Of a DNA stretch of 32,000 nucleotides, positions 8,184-15,936 are shown piece after piece. The DNA comes from an uncultured Actinomycetota bacterium (GTDB lineage: Bacteria > Actinomycetota > Actinomycetes > Mycobacteriales > Mycobacteriaceae). The translations under genes and the position numbers were made by a program. How positions within the stretch are numbered: position 1 is the first letter of the stretch; each line of letters begins with the position of its first letter. The notes under the pieces are model-generated. The model was not told the origin of the DNA and ran no database searches. It worked only from the letters and a program-made list of their open reading frames with translations. The stretch lies in assembly GCA_963728815.1 (NCBI GenBank), contig CAVSLH010000013.1, positions 70,080 to 102,079 on the forward strand, written 5' to 3'.

Positions 8184-8648
8184 GTGGGTACCACGCTCGT
8201 TATGCGCATTGGTCATCAGCGCCGTGTCCGACAGTGGCGCCGCCGGCCGAGGCAACCGGGCGACACCGAGCCGGTTCGCCGCCATGACCCCGTCGACGCG
8301 GTCCCTATCCACGACTTGAGCCTTCCTGCCTTCATTTGCCGCCGTGTGCCGATAGTCGCTCAGGATCGTTGAAACCCGAGAAACCGTCAGGTAGCCAGAC
8401 TGGCAGCCAGGCAAACATGGCACGGATGTCGGTGCGGCGGTGCATACTGCGTCGTGTCGAAGTAGACGCGGGTGACTACGGCCAATTCGCGGGTCGGGCG
8501 CATGTTGGGCAGGTACAGAGAACCGATAAGGACAGAACCCTCGCCCTGAAGATCCTTGCTGAGCGGTACTCGCAAGACGAACGGTTCCGGACGCGGTTTC
8601 GGCGAGGCACGTACCGTGACCGAACGATTGAAAGTGGGTCGATGACGC

Positions 8649-10646
8649 ATGTCCGTCCAAGTCGTCAACCAGGATTCCGTGCTCCAACACGCCCTCGACA
8701 TTGTCAGCGAGACGACGCACCGGTTGTGGATCACATCGCCATGGATCACCCAGCGGCCGGCCAGTCTGCTTCTCCGTGACGCTCTGCCCCGTGTGGCGCG
8801 CGGGCAGCTCGACACACGGATCGTGTATCGGGTGAAGGAACCGGCCGACCTGGACATTACGGACCTCGACGCGCTCAAGGCGCTAGAGGACGCGGGTTGC
8901 CTGGTGCGCTACTCCACCCGGCTGCACGCCAAGCTCATTCTGGCCGACAGCGCCGCGCTCGTATCCTCATCGAACCTCACCGCGACCGCCGGCTATGGCC
9001 TGGACGAGGCGGCCGCCTGGCGCAACGAGGAACTCGGTGTCGTCATTCGCAGCGACGATGCGGTTCTTTCCGAGCTTGAGTCACAGTTCGAAGCCATCTG
9101 GTCCTCGGCGACGCGGGTCGACGAAAGCACGATCGGTATCGCGATGGATTTCCCGACGGTTCGTCAGTTCAGCTTTGTCGCCATCCGCGACGTCCGCCTG
9201 GGCGAATATGCGACAGCCCACGACACCGCGGGCAACGTGGTTCTCGGGCGGATCTCTGAAGTAACCGCCTACAACCCGTCGTTTCCTCAAATGAACGAGT
9301 CGATGTGGATCACTCAGGGCTACTCGGGCACAGGGGGTAGCAGCCGCGTGGAAGTGCCGGATCTGCAGTCGTTGTTCTCGCACCCGTCCAAAGAGCACGG
9401 ATTCCTGGTTACGAAGACGTTTTTCGAGCCTGAGTCGGTATTCCGTATCGCACGAGTCGAAGTGCTCAAGCACTATGTAGCTGGCCGCCTGCTCTCCCCC
9501 ACCGTGCCGGTGGCCCCGGGATCCGACGTCTCGCACGCATCTCCTGAACTGCTGCGCCAGCTCCTGGGCGATGGGGACGTCGAGCTCGGCACCATGCTGC
9601 ACCACCCTGACGTACCCGTCGCCTTGCGGTCAGCCGAGTTCTCGAAGCACCTGGCGGTTTTGGGAATGACGGGTTCGGGCAAGTCCAACGCCATCAAGGT
9701 TCTTCTGCATCGCCTCAGCAATGGTCCGCTGTGCGAGGCACTCAGGGTGGTTGTCATCGACACGCACGGCGAATATGCGCCTGTGGCGCAGATGATCTCG
9801 CCGTCTGCTCGGATCGTCGACGTCCGACTACGCCGCAGCGTCCTCGACGACGACGTGGTCCGCGATCTGCTGAGGTTGTCCCGTCGCAACGAGGCACTCC
9901 TGGACAAGCTGGCAGCGGTCGCCGACGGACTGTCACCGGAGCAGGATCTTGAGGAGTTCCTCGCCGCCGTCGAGCTGGAAGCTCCCGATGCCGGCCCCCT
10001 GGCCGAAAAGCTCACCCGGCTGGTGGCCGCCGCGCGAGAGGCGGACGACCTGTGCCTCTGGCCCCACGACAGCGCTGTGATCACCCGCGCCGATAGCGTT
10101 GGCCCTCAACGGCTTGACGAAGCCGGCCTCTACATCCTGAACCTCCGCCACACAACCAGCCTGGAGGAACGATCGGCTAAGGCCGCAGCTGTCATGACCG
10201 ACGTCTTTGAGCACAGCAAGCACACCGGCGGCCAATTTCCGTCGCTCGTCGTGCTCGACGAAGCACAGTACTACGCGCCCGAGCAACAAACAGGGTGGCT
10301 CGCGCGCGCTCGGCCGTCCTTCGACGCCGTGTTTGCGATCGCGTCTGAAGGACGCAAATTCGGTGTGGGGCTTGTGGTGTCGAGCCAGCGCCCGGCGCGC
10401 GTGAACAAAGACGTCCTCAGTCAATGCAACACCCATTTAGTCTTTCGCGTGGCCAACGTTGAGGACCTCTCGGCCCTCGCCGGCAGCTTCGAGGCAGCGA
10501 GTCAGCCGCTGCTGGATGAGCTGCCTGGATTTGACACCGGAGTGTGCGTTGTCGGCGGCACCGCGATCGGCATGCTGACCCGCGTCGAGGTGCCGTTGTT
10601 CGAAAGCGTTGCCGTGGAGAATGATTCGTCGCCGCCGTCGCCGTGA
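8649..10646 (+). CDS. Fusion protein: N-terminal PLD/HKD-family nuclease + HerA/FtsK-type (DUF87) ATPase
   Basis: 665 aa. The HKD motif is LHAKLILADSAALVSSSNLT (His codon 8925, Lys codon 8931, Asp codon 8946). Walker A is LGMTGSGKSNAIK (Lys codon 9681). Walker B is LVVLDEAQYYAP (Asp codon 10257). The HerA-type tail reads GRKFGVGLVVSSQRPARVNKDVLSQCNTHLVFRVAN. The segment between the two domains sits where HerA proteins carry the HAS barrel. Confidence 0.9.
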   Translation: MSVQVVNQDSVLQHALDIVSETTHRLWITSPWITQRPASLLLRDALPRVARGQLDTRIVYRVKEPADLDITDLDALKALEDAGCLVRYSTRLHAKLILADSAALVSSSNLTATAGYGLDEAAAWRNEELGVVIRSDDAVLSELESQFEAIWSSATRVDESTIGIAMDFPTVRQFSFVAIRDVRLGEYATAHDTAGNVVLGRISEVTAYNPSFPQMNESMWITQGYSGTGGSSRVEVPDLQSLFSHPSKEHGFLVTKTFFEPESVFRIARVEVLKHYVAGRLLSPTVPVAPGSDVSHASPELLRQLLGDGDVELGTMLHHPDVPVALRSAEFSKHLAVLGMTGSGKSNAIKVLLHRLSNGPLCEALRVVVIDTHGEYAPVAQMISPSARIVDVRLRRSVLDDDVVRDLLRLSRRNEALLDKLAAVADGLSPEQDLEEFLAAVELEAPDAGPLAEKLTRLVAAAREADDLCLWPHDSAVITRADSVGPQRLDEAGLYILNLRHTTSLEERSAKAAAVMTDVFEHSKHTGGQFPSLVVLDEAQYYAPEQQTGWLARARPSFDAVFAIASEGRKFGVGLVVSSQRPARVNKDVLSQCNTHLVFRVANVEDLSALAGSFEAASQPLLDELPGFDTGVCVVGGTAIGMLTRVEVPLFESVAVENDSSPPSP

Positions 10647-10679
10647 GGACGTTCAGCCCCCTTGCCGTGCAGGACAGCC

Positions 10680-11622
10680 GGCTTATCTCGACGCTGAAGG
10701 CATTCGCCCCTGACGGTGAGCCGATGTAACCTGAGTCTGCTTCATGAGATGCCGTCGCCAAGCTCCGACTGGACGGCACGCCAACCCCACGCTCGTGGGT
10801 GGCTCGGATGACGAAGCGGCCTGGCACCAACCGGTGCGGGCAAGAGCGCCTCCCCATGCGGAGGCCCCACCTTTCGGGAGTATTGCAATGCCTCGGAATC
10901 GTTCCTGCGGGTCGTATGGCCCCGGCCACCTCATGCACTGGATCCAGGGCAAGAAATCGCACGAGGACGGGCAGCCGATCATCAAAGTGAAGGTCGTTGC
11001 CTTTCATGACGACGGACGCGTCGAAATCGAAGGTGACGACCTGAAACTGACGCGGTGGTATCACGACCCTGACCACCTTCGTTCGGCGCTCTGCTTCGGT
11101 GGCCGCGGCGCATGGAAGCCGAAGTATCACGTGTTGTATGTGATCTCGAGCGGCTCGTTCAACTTCGCCACGATGGACGAGGTGGAGCCCTGCGAACCGC
11201 CGATACGCCGGCGATCTACCGAGACCACCAGGCAGTTCATCGAACGGGCGATGCGAAAGAACCACGGCTACACGGTTCCGGCGCCCTGGTTGGCTGACCT
11301 GGATGCCATACCGGACGGCGACATCGGTGAACCGGAGTCCGGGTACCTGGTTGGGATCGAAACTCCCACGGATACAACACTGTTGGAGACATTGCCGCCC
11401 AAACCACGGACGCCAGGACACGGCTGACGTGCCCGAGACAACCAGTCATGGTGTGCAGTACCACGTGCTGCCCGATGACGCCTTAGCCGCGCTGAACATC
11501 CTGCGCGAGGCCGCCGGGCTGGAGCCGCTGTCCTCTCCCGACCACAGTGAACCAGAGGACGCCGACGGCGGCACCCGATCCAAGGGGAAGACCAGCAATG
11601 ACTGAGCGATGGCGTCCGAAGG
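10680..11622 (+). repeat. Direct repeat copy A (943 nt), carrying partner gene X1 and its leader
   Basis: Aligns by eye to 20855-21659. The stretch 10746-10890 is identical to 20922-21066. The CDS differs at about 14 of 534 nt. Copy A has 139 extra nt (11418-11556) relative to copy B. Confidence 0.9.
10888..11427 (+). CDS. Uncharacterised protein X1 downstream of PLD-HerA (paralog of 21064..21642)
   Basis: ATG 10888 is preceded by GGGAG 7 nt upstream. Third-position GC is high and the amino-acid composition looks natural (MPRNRSCGSYGPGHLMHWIQGKKSHEDGQPIIKVKVVAFHDDGRVEIEGDDLKLTRWYHDP...). The long antisense ORF 10417..11421 is Arg/Pro-rich shadow. I recognise no domain. Confidence 0.6.
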   Translation: MPRNRSCGSYGPGHLMHWIQGKKSHEDGQPIIKVKVVAFHDDGRVEIEGDDLKLTRWYHDPDHLRSALCFGGRGAWKPKYHVLYVISSGSFNFATMDEVEPCEPPIRRRSTETTRQFIERAMRKNHGYTVPAPWLADLDAIPDGDIGEPESGYLVGIETPTDTTLLETLPPKPRTPGHG

Positions 11623-11800
11623 AGTTGGGCCACGGCTCGATTGACTAGCAGCATCCGTTTTGGCACCTGGTTGCGACTCCCTGGCCGGGCTGGAGTCTCG
11701 AATCTGAAGAACCGCCGTCGATCAGATCCTGTCTCACCTGATCCGCACCTAAACGCGCATCCCTGGACCCAGAGGACGCAATTGGTCATACTTGTGACTA

Positions 11801-12085
11801 ATGACTGAAGTCAGCTCACTCGCCGAGGCGAAGGCGCACCTGTCGGAGTTGGTGGCCCGTGTCGCCGATCAGCACGAGCGGATCACGGTAACGGTGCGCG
11901 GACGCCCCGCGGCGGTCCTTCTTGCCATCGACGATCTGGAGTCACTCGAGGAAACCATTGCAGTGCTGTCCGACGCGACGGCGCTCCGTGCCCTTGGCGA
12001 GGCCGATGCTGAGCTAGCACGCGGCGAAGGGGAGAACCAGGACGGTCTTGCCGCAGCCATGGAAGCACGCCGAGCTAGGACGTGA
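11801..12085 (+). CDS. relB: Phd/YefM-family antitoxin (RelB-like)
   Basis: 94 aa. The sequence SLAEAKAHLSELVARVADQHERITVTVRGRPAAVLLAIDDLESLEETIAVL is a classic Phd/YefM N-terminal fold and resembles mycobacterial RelB/RelF. It overlaps the downstream toxin start by 4 nt. Confidence 0.9.
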   Translation: MTEVSSLAEAKAHLSELVARVADQHERITVTVRGRPAAVLLAIDDLESLEETIAVLSDATALRALGEADAELARGEGENQDGLAAAMEARRART

Positions 12086-12360
12086 CGGACCGGCGATATG
12101 AGCTGATAATCGCTCCGACTGCGAGAAAACAACTGGCTGAAGAACTTCCCGAATCGGTGGCGTTCGCTGCCTATGAGTTCATCATCGGTCCACTACTCGA
12201 CAATCCTCACCGCGTGGGCAAGCAGCTCCGCCCCCCGTTGCACGACCGCTATAGCGCACGCCGCGGCACCTACCGCGTGCTCTACAGGATCGACGACGAG
12301 CGTCAGCGAGTCACCGTCGTCGGCGTGTTCAGCCGCGCGGACGCATACCGTGCCAAATGA
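12082..12360 (+). CDS. relE: RelE/ParE-family toxin
   Basis: 92 aa. The sequence ...AAYEFIIGPLLDNPHRVGKQLRPPLHDRYSARRGTYRVLYRIDDERQRVTVVGVFSRADAYR is the RelE pattern (PLLxNPHRxGKxL...ARRGxYRVxYxID...V). GTG 12082 overlaps the relB TGA. Confidence 0.9.
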   Translation: MTDRRYELIIAPTARKQLAEELPESVAFAAYEFIIGPLLDNPHRVGKQLRPPLHDRYSARRGTYRVLYRIDDERQRVTVVGVFSRADAYRAK

Positions 12361-12566
12361 CGACAGCAGCCCGCGCGGGAGCATCGGCGTACGCACGCGT
12401 GAGACGTCCAGGAAACCCGCCATCCCGACAGGCCACCGGCAGCCACACGGCATCAAGACCGGACGACCTCGACAGGGACCGGCAGGCAACCAGGCGACCC
12501 AAGACCGTTCGGGGCCGCCGCATAGCCAGGACTTGCTCCTGCCATGTCAATAGCAACGGTTGCTGG

Positions 12567-12974
12567 TCAGACCCGAATGATCGTCAGGTTGGCCGCGCCA
12601 TCGAGAGCGGCGAAGTCGTCGTCCTGGGTGATGACGGGCAGTGCTCGCGATGCCGCGATGGCCGCGATCCACAGATCGTTGATCCGGACCCGCCGACCGG
12701 TCTCGGCGAGATAAATCCGCAGGCGCGCCCACATGCGGGCCGCTTCCTCGTCGACTGGCAGCGTTTCTACGTCCGCAACAGATTCCAGTGTTGCGAGGCG
12801 TTGCGCCCTGATGTCGGAAGTCGTCGCGGCCAGCACGCCGACGTGGAGTTCGGCGAGGGTGACGACGGTGGTGGCGACCTCGTCGGGGATCAGCGCCTCG
12901 TCGAGTTGCCGACCGCTTTCGGTCGCGATGAACACCGAGGTGTCGAGTACTCCGGCCGCCCGCGTCGTGCTCAT
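12567..12974 (-). CDS. vapC: VapC PIN-domain toxin (close to M. tuberculosis VapC5 as I recall it)
   Basis: 135 aa. It has GVLDTSVFIATE (first acidic PIN residue) and RINDLWIAAIAASRALPVITQDDDFAAL (C-terminal PIN acidic residues). There is an ATGA overlap with the upstream antitoxin. Confidence 0.9.
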   Translation of the reverse strand: MSTTRAAGVLDTSVFIATESGRQLDEALIPDEVATTVVTLAELHVGVLAATTSDIRAQRLATLESVADVETLPVDEEAARMWARLRIYLAETGRRVRINDLWIAAIAASRALPVITQDDDFAALDGAANLTIIRV

Positions 12975-13231
12975 CAGATCGGCCCGAGATCCTCGGTTGT
13001 GTCGCCCGCGAGCGCCGCGAGGTCCTCGCGTAACCCGGGATCGGCTTGAGCGCGGCGCAATCGCGAGAGGAACTCTGTTTTGCTCAGCCAGCGCCGGCGC
13101 TGCGGGCGAACCGCCGTGAGAACCGCGACAGGTCGGCCGTTGACAGTGATGGTGACGTCCTCCCCTTCCCGCACGCGCCGAAGCACTCCCGCGGTATCGT
13201 TGCGCAGCTCACGAGACGCCACTTCAGACAT
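12974..13231 (-). CDS. vapB: VapB antitoxin (Phd/YefM-type fold)
   Basis: 85 aa from ATG 13231: MSEVASRELRNDTAGVLRRVREGEDVTITVNGRPVAVLTAV... The longer ORF up to 13474 has an implausible Arg/Cys-rich N-terminus. Confidence 0.9.
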   Translation of the reverse strand: MSEVASRELRNDTAGVLRRVREGEDVTITVNGRPVAVLTAVRPQRRRWLSKTEFLSRLRRAQADPGLREDLAALAGDTTEDLGPI

Positions 13232-13258
13232 GCTACGAGCGTAGCGCAAATGTAGCGC
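13232..13258. promoter_or_regulatory. Operator-like repeats immediately upstream of vapB
   Basis: GCTAC (13232-13236) and GTAGC (13241-13245) form an inverted repeat. GTAGCGC is directly repeated at 13241-13247 and 13252-13258, an 11-bp period, and the array abuts the vapB start codon. Confidence 0.4.
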
Positions 13259-13342
13259 CCGTACGACGCCACCGGTGACCTCGCTGCAGCACCGGCACGC
13301 AGGGCGGCATCCTGCCACGGACTGTTGGCGTGCCGTTGTTGA

Positions 13343-13603
13343 ATCGTCATCCTCGGTGACGGCGGCTACCGCGGCATCGACACCATCACCACACCGGCCC
13401 GCGACAACACCGGGCGCATCATCCACGACGACCTCTACCGAACCCACCGCCGCATCCGCGCCCGCGTCGAACACGTCATCGCCCGGCTAAAAGACTGGCA
13501 GATCCTGCGGCGATGTCGCCACCGCGGCCAGGCCAAAAACCACAGCCTCCACATCATCACCGGGCTGTGGAACCTCAAAACCACAGCCGCACAAGCTGTT
13601 TAG
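13343..13603 (+). pseudogene. C-terminal fragment of a DDE transposase (DDE_Tnp_4 / IS5-Harbinger-like)
   Basis: The frame opens straight after TGA 13340-13342 with no start codon: ...ILGDGGYRGIDTITTPARDNTGRIIHDDLYRTHRRIRARVEHVIARLKDWQILRRCRHRG...ITGLWNL, then TAG 13601-13603. The D-GY-G ... R..vEh.ia.LK.w.iL pattern is the C-terminal catalytic part of this transposase family. The N-terminal two thirds are missing. Confidence 0.7.
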
Positions 13604-13794
13604 CAGATATATAACCATTACGGATCAACTTAGCTACGCCCGTCAACATCCCGCCGGGTGACCTCATCCGGTTCTTTTCACCGGGCCGAACACGCCCTTC
13701 AGCGCACCGCTGGTGGCCTCGTCACCTCGCGGCGCCGAGGGATCGACGGGCGTTCAGTGCGGGGACTGTCTGCGAATACTGGGCAAACAGCGTG

Positions 13795-13863
13795 GTTGAC
13801 AAAGTTGACGATGGCAGGTTGACGTGCTTGACAATAGGTAGTTGACTGTCTTGACGAGGCCTT
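13795..13863 (+). promoter_or_regulatory. Three tandem 23-bp units, each with two (G)TTGAC half-sites: candidate operator/promoter of the Xre-RES operon
   Basis: The units are GTTGACAAAGTTGACGATGGCAG (13795-13817), GTTGACGTGCTTGACAATAGGTA (13818-13840) and GTTGACTGTCTTGACGAGGCCTT (13841-13863). TTGAC starts at 13796, 13805, 13819, 13828, 13842 and 13851. The array ends 9 nt before the GGGAGAGGAAAG RBS and 26 nt before ATG 13890. Confidence 0.6.
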
Positions 13864-13889
13864 GCAACCGATGGGAGAGGAAAGCGACG

Positions 13890-14417
13890 ATGACGGACCT
13901 TGCCTCATTCGAGCGCCAGATCATGCGATTGGTCGGCCTGAGGGTCCATGACCGACTCCGGAGGGCCAGCGAAGCGCAGCTCGGTCCGGAAGCATTCGGC
14001 GACCCGGAGCAGATTGCCGACGCCATGGTGGCGGCACTTCCCTTGGGGCACGTCTTCGACGAGATATCGGGGCCGTTCTACGACACATCGGGCCTTAGCC
14101 GATGGCTGGGGATCTCACGTCAGGCCCTGCACCAGAAGGTGGCACGGCATGCGATTCTGGCGTGTCCCCTCGATGATGGCAGCGTCGTCTACCCGACGTG
14201 GCAATTCCTCGACAGCGGCGCGACCATCCCGTCGTTGGCCGAGGTGCTCGCCACGCTGGCGGAGGGTACCGACGACGCGTGGATGATCGCGCTGTGGATG
14301 CGGGCGCCAAGCGAAAACCTCGACGGCGAACGTCCCAGTGAATGGCTGCGCAAGGGCCGTGACCCGCAACGCGTGATTGCGATGGCACGACAGGTGGCGT
14401 CGAGCTGGGCCGCATGA
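13890..14417 (+). CDS. Xre/MbcA/ParS-type antitoxin (HTH + DUF2384 toxin-binding domain)
   Basis: ATG 13890 follows a strong RBS. The HTH-like segment is LSRWLGISRQALHQKVARH. The C-terminus WMRAPSENLDGERPSEWLRKGRDPQRVIAMARQV fits the DUF2384 pattern (W...pn..L.G..P.e.l......v). There is an ATGA overlap with the RES gene. Confidence 0.8.
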   Translation: MTDLASFERQIMRLVGLRVHDRLRRASEAQLGPEAFGDPEQIADAMVAALPLGHVFDEISGPFYDTSGLSRWLGISRQALHQKVARHAILACPLDDGSVVYPTWQFLDSGATIPSLAEVLATLAEGTDDAWMIALWMRAPSENLDGERPSEWLRKGRDPQRVIAMARQVASSWAA

Positions 14418-15046
14418 GCGATTCCCGACAGCGCCCAGCACTCGGTCTGCCGCCGCCCGACGTATCACGTTTCCCTCGATCGCGACTTCTGCCCAGCGTG
14501 CCGTTGCACCGGGCGCACACTGCCGGCAAGCCGCCGTGGTGGTTCTCCTCCGATTTGTCGGGTCGTTTCGACCTGATCCAGCCCAACGGGACTTGTTATC
14601 TCGCAACGGATGTCGCCATCGCACTGCGGGAGCGGTTCGGTCATGACCTGGTTCGCCAGGGCGTGGTCACATTCCAGGCGGCGGCTCGAACACACGTGTC
14701 GAGACTGCAGGTTCCGTCGGAGCGCTGGCTCGCGAACACCTGCTCGCCGGCAGCGGCAAACTTCGGCATGACCCGTGAAATCGGGACGTGCCCGTCGTAC
14801 GACATTCCGCAGGCGTGGGCGGCGGCCTTCTTCGGCGGCGGCAAGCATTCGGGCATCCGCTACCAAACCCGGTTCAGCACCGGAGCGACGCCCAACGCGG
14901 CGGCTCTGTTTGACGCCTCGGGGAAACACGAGTGGCCTACTGACCCGCACCCGGTTCATGGTGTCCAAGCGTGCACCGGGGTCGGCATCACGGTTGCGCA
15001 CCGGCCGACCAGCCGACAGGTACGCACGGTGCAGCCGCCGGGATGA
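14414..15046 (+). CDS. RES-domain toxin (MbcT/ParT-like NAD-targeting family)
   Basis: 210 aa. The sequences SGRFDLIQPNGTCYLATDVAIALRERFGH (Arg and Glu regions) and GIRYQTRFSTGATPNAAALFD (Ser region) carry the R-E-S signature. Confidence 0.85.
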   Translation: MSDSRQRPALGLPPPDVSRFPRSRLLPSVPLHRAHTAGKPPWWFSSDLSGRFDLIQPNGTCYLATDVAIALRERFGHDLVRQGVVTFQAAARTHVSRLQVPSERWLANTCSPAAANFGMTREIGTCPSYDIPQAWAAAFFGGGKHSGIRYQTRFSTGATPNAAALFDASGKHEWPTDPHPVHGVQACTGVGITVAHRPTSRQVRTVQPPG

Positions 15047-15059
15047 GCCAGCGGGTACG

Positions 15060-15545
15060 TTGACGTTTTCGAAATCGCCTCTGTCATTAGACCCGGACGA
15101 CGTCATCTTGAATTTATGGACGGCGGTGCTCGACGTCGATGCCGTAACACGCGTCGACTTCGACGACTGCGCCAGGTACGGGCTGACGCCCGACGAGCTC
15201 GTCGGCGACGATTACACCCCTACGCAGGGATTGGCTGATGTGGTTCGAGACAGCGGAGCAAGCGCAATTATTGTGCCATCGGCCGCGCTGCCCGGAACCC
15301 ACAACCTGATCTTGTTTGGCGCACGAGTCCTGAATCCATTTCTCAGCTCACCGCTCACGCCTGAAGAGGTGCCGACCGGGCACCTTACCGACGGAGCGCG
15401 AGCCCCGGCCGAGGTGGCGCCGCACGTCCGCTGGTTCGGCACTCCGCACAAGGCGGCGGAACAGTGGAAAACCACCGGCAACTACGACCTATTCGACGAT
15501 CCAACCGCGACGCGTTGGTTGACTTCGACGCCGGGCCGGAGTTGA
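15060..15545 (+). pseudogene. Second RES-domain gene lacking the N-terminal Arg/Glu region (5'-truncated remnant)
   Basis: ...LNLWTAVLDVDAVTRVDFDDCARYGLTPDELVGDDYTPTQGLADVVRDSGASAIIVPSAALPGTHNLILFGARV aligns, from memory, to the C-terminal two thirds of MbcT-like RES proteins. Upstream, the frame is Arg-rich nonsense overlapping gene 14414..15046. The only candidate start is TTG 15060. Confidence 0.5.
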
Positions 15546-15936
15546 TGACCACTCTGTGTGGGTCTGCGAGCGCCTCGTCGGCTTCTGTTGCCGCGCGCTG
15601 AAATTGGTGACGACACCGTCACTTTCGATGCACACGAGGGACGACGTGGTTTGTCGTCATGACGACAGCGTGATCGTCGTGATGATGGCCGCGCCGCGGG
15701 TCGCCGCTGACCACGCTGCTTTCTCCCAGTGGGACGTCAGGCTGCGTTGTGAATCGACACAAACGCCGTGTCAACATCTGCACCCGAGCCGAGACGGTCG
15801 CGCTCGACACTGGGTTCGTCGTTGTATTCGGCAACCACCCAGGGCGACGATGCGGGTAACCCAATCGAACGGGGGCCGCTGAATAGAGCACCAGGCACGG
15901 CCATGAGGTCACCGGACATCGTATCGGGCCTGTCTC

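Noticed and set aside
7773-8720. 315-aa minus-strand ORF, the 163-aa ORF 8387..8878, and possible gene content in the 8184-8648 gap
   Set aside because: Parts of the minus strand between 8190 and 8647 look mildly coding (…LPNMRPTRELAVVTRVYFDTTQY… and …YLTVSRVSTILSDYRHTAANEG…). However, they lie in two frames, have no stop before running antisense into the PRiA4-like gene, and would start on top of the herA ATG. I recognise no family. I left the gap as unresolved intergenic or decayed DNA.
10417-11421. 334-aa minus-strand ORF across gene X1 (and its counterpart 20821..21462 across X2)
   Set aside because: Composition is Arg/Pro/Cys-heavy. The plus-strand frame has better third-position GC, a natural residue mix, an RBS and conserved length. 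The minus ORF length is not conserved between the two copies.
11640-11720. GACTCC...GGAGTC hairpin followed by TCTCGAATC, superficially like a tRNA T-arm or att remnant
   Set aside because: It does not match the GTTCGAATC T-loop consensus, no acceptor or anticodon arms can be drawn, and there is no integrase nearby.
15546-15936. Several 60-110-aa ORFs on both strands between the RES remnant and vapC
   Set aside because: None has convincing composition, an RBS or motifs. This is probably non-coding or decayed sequence.
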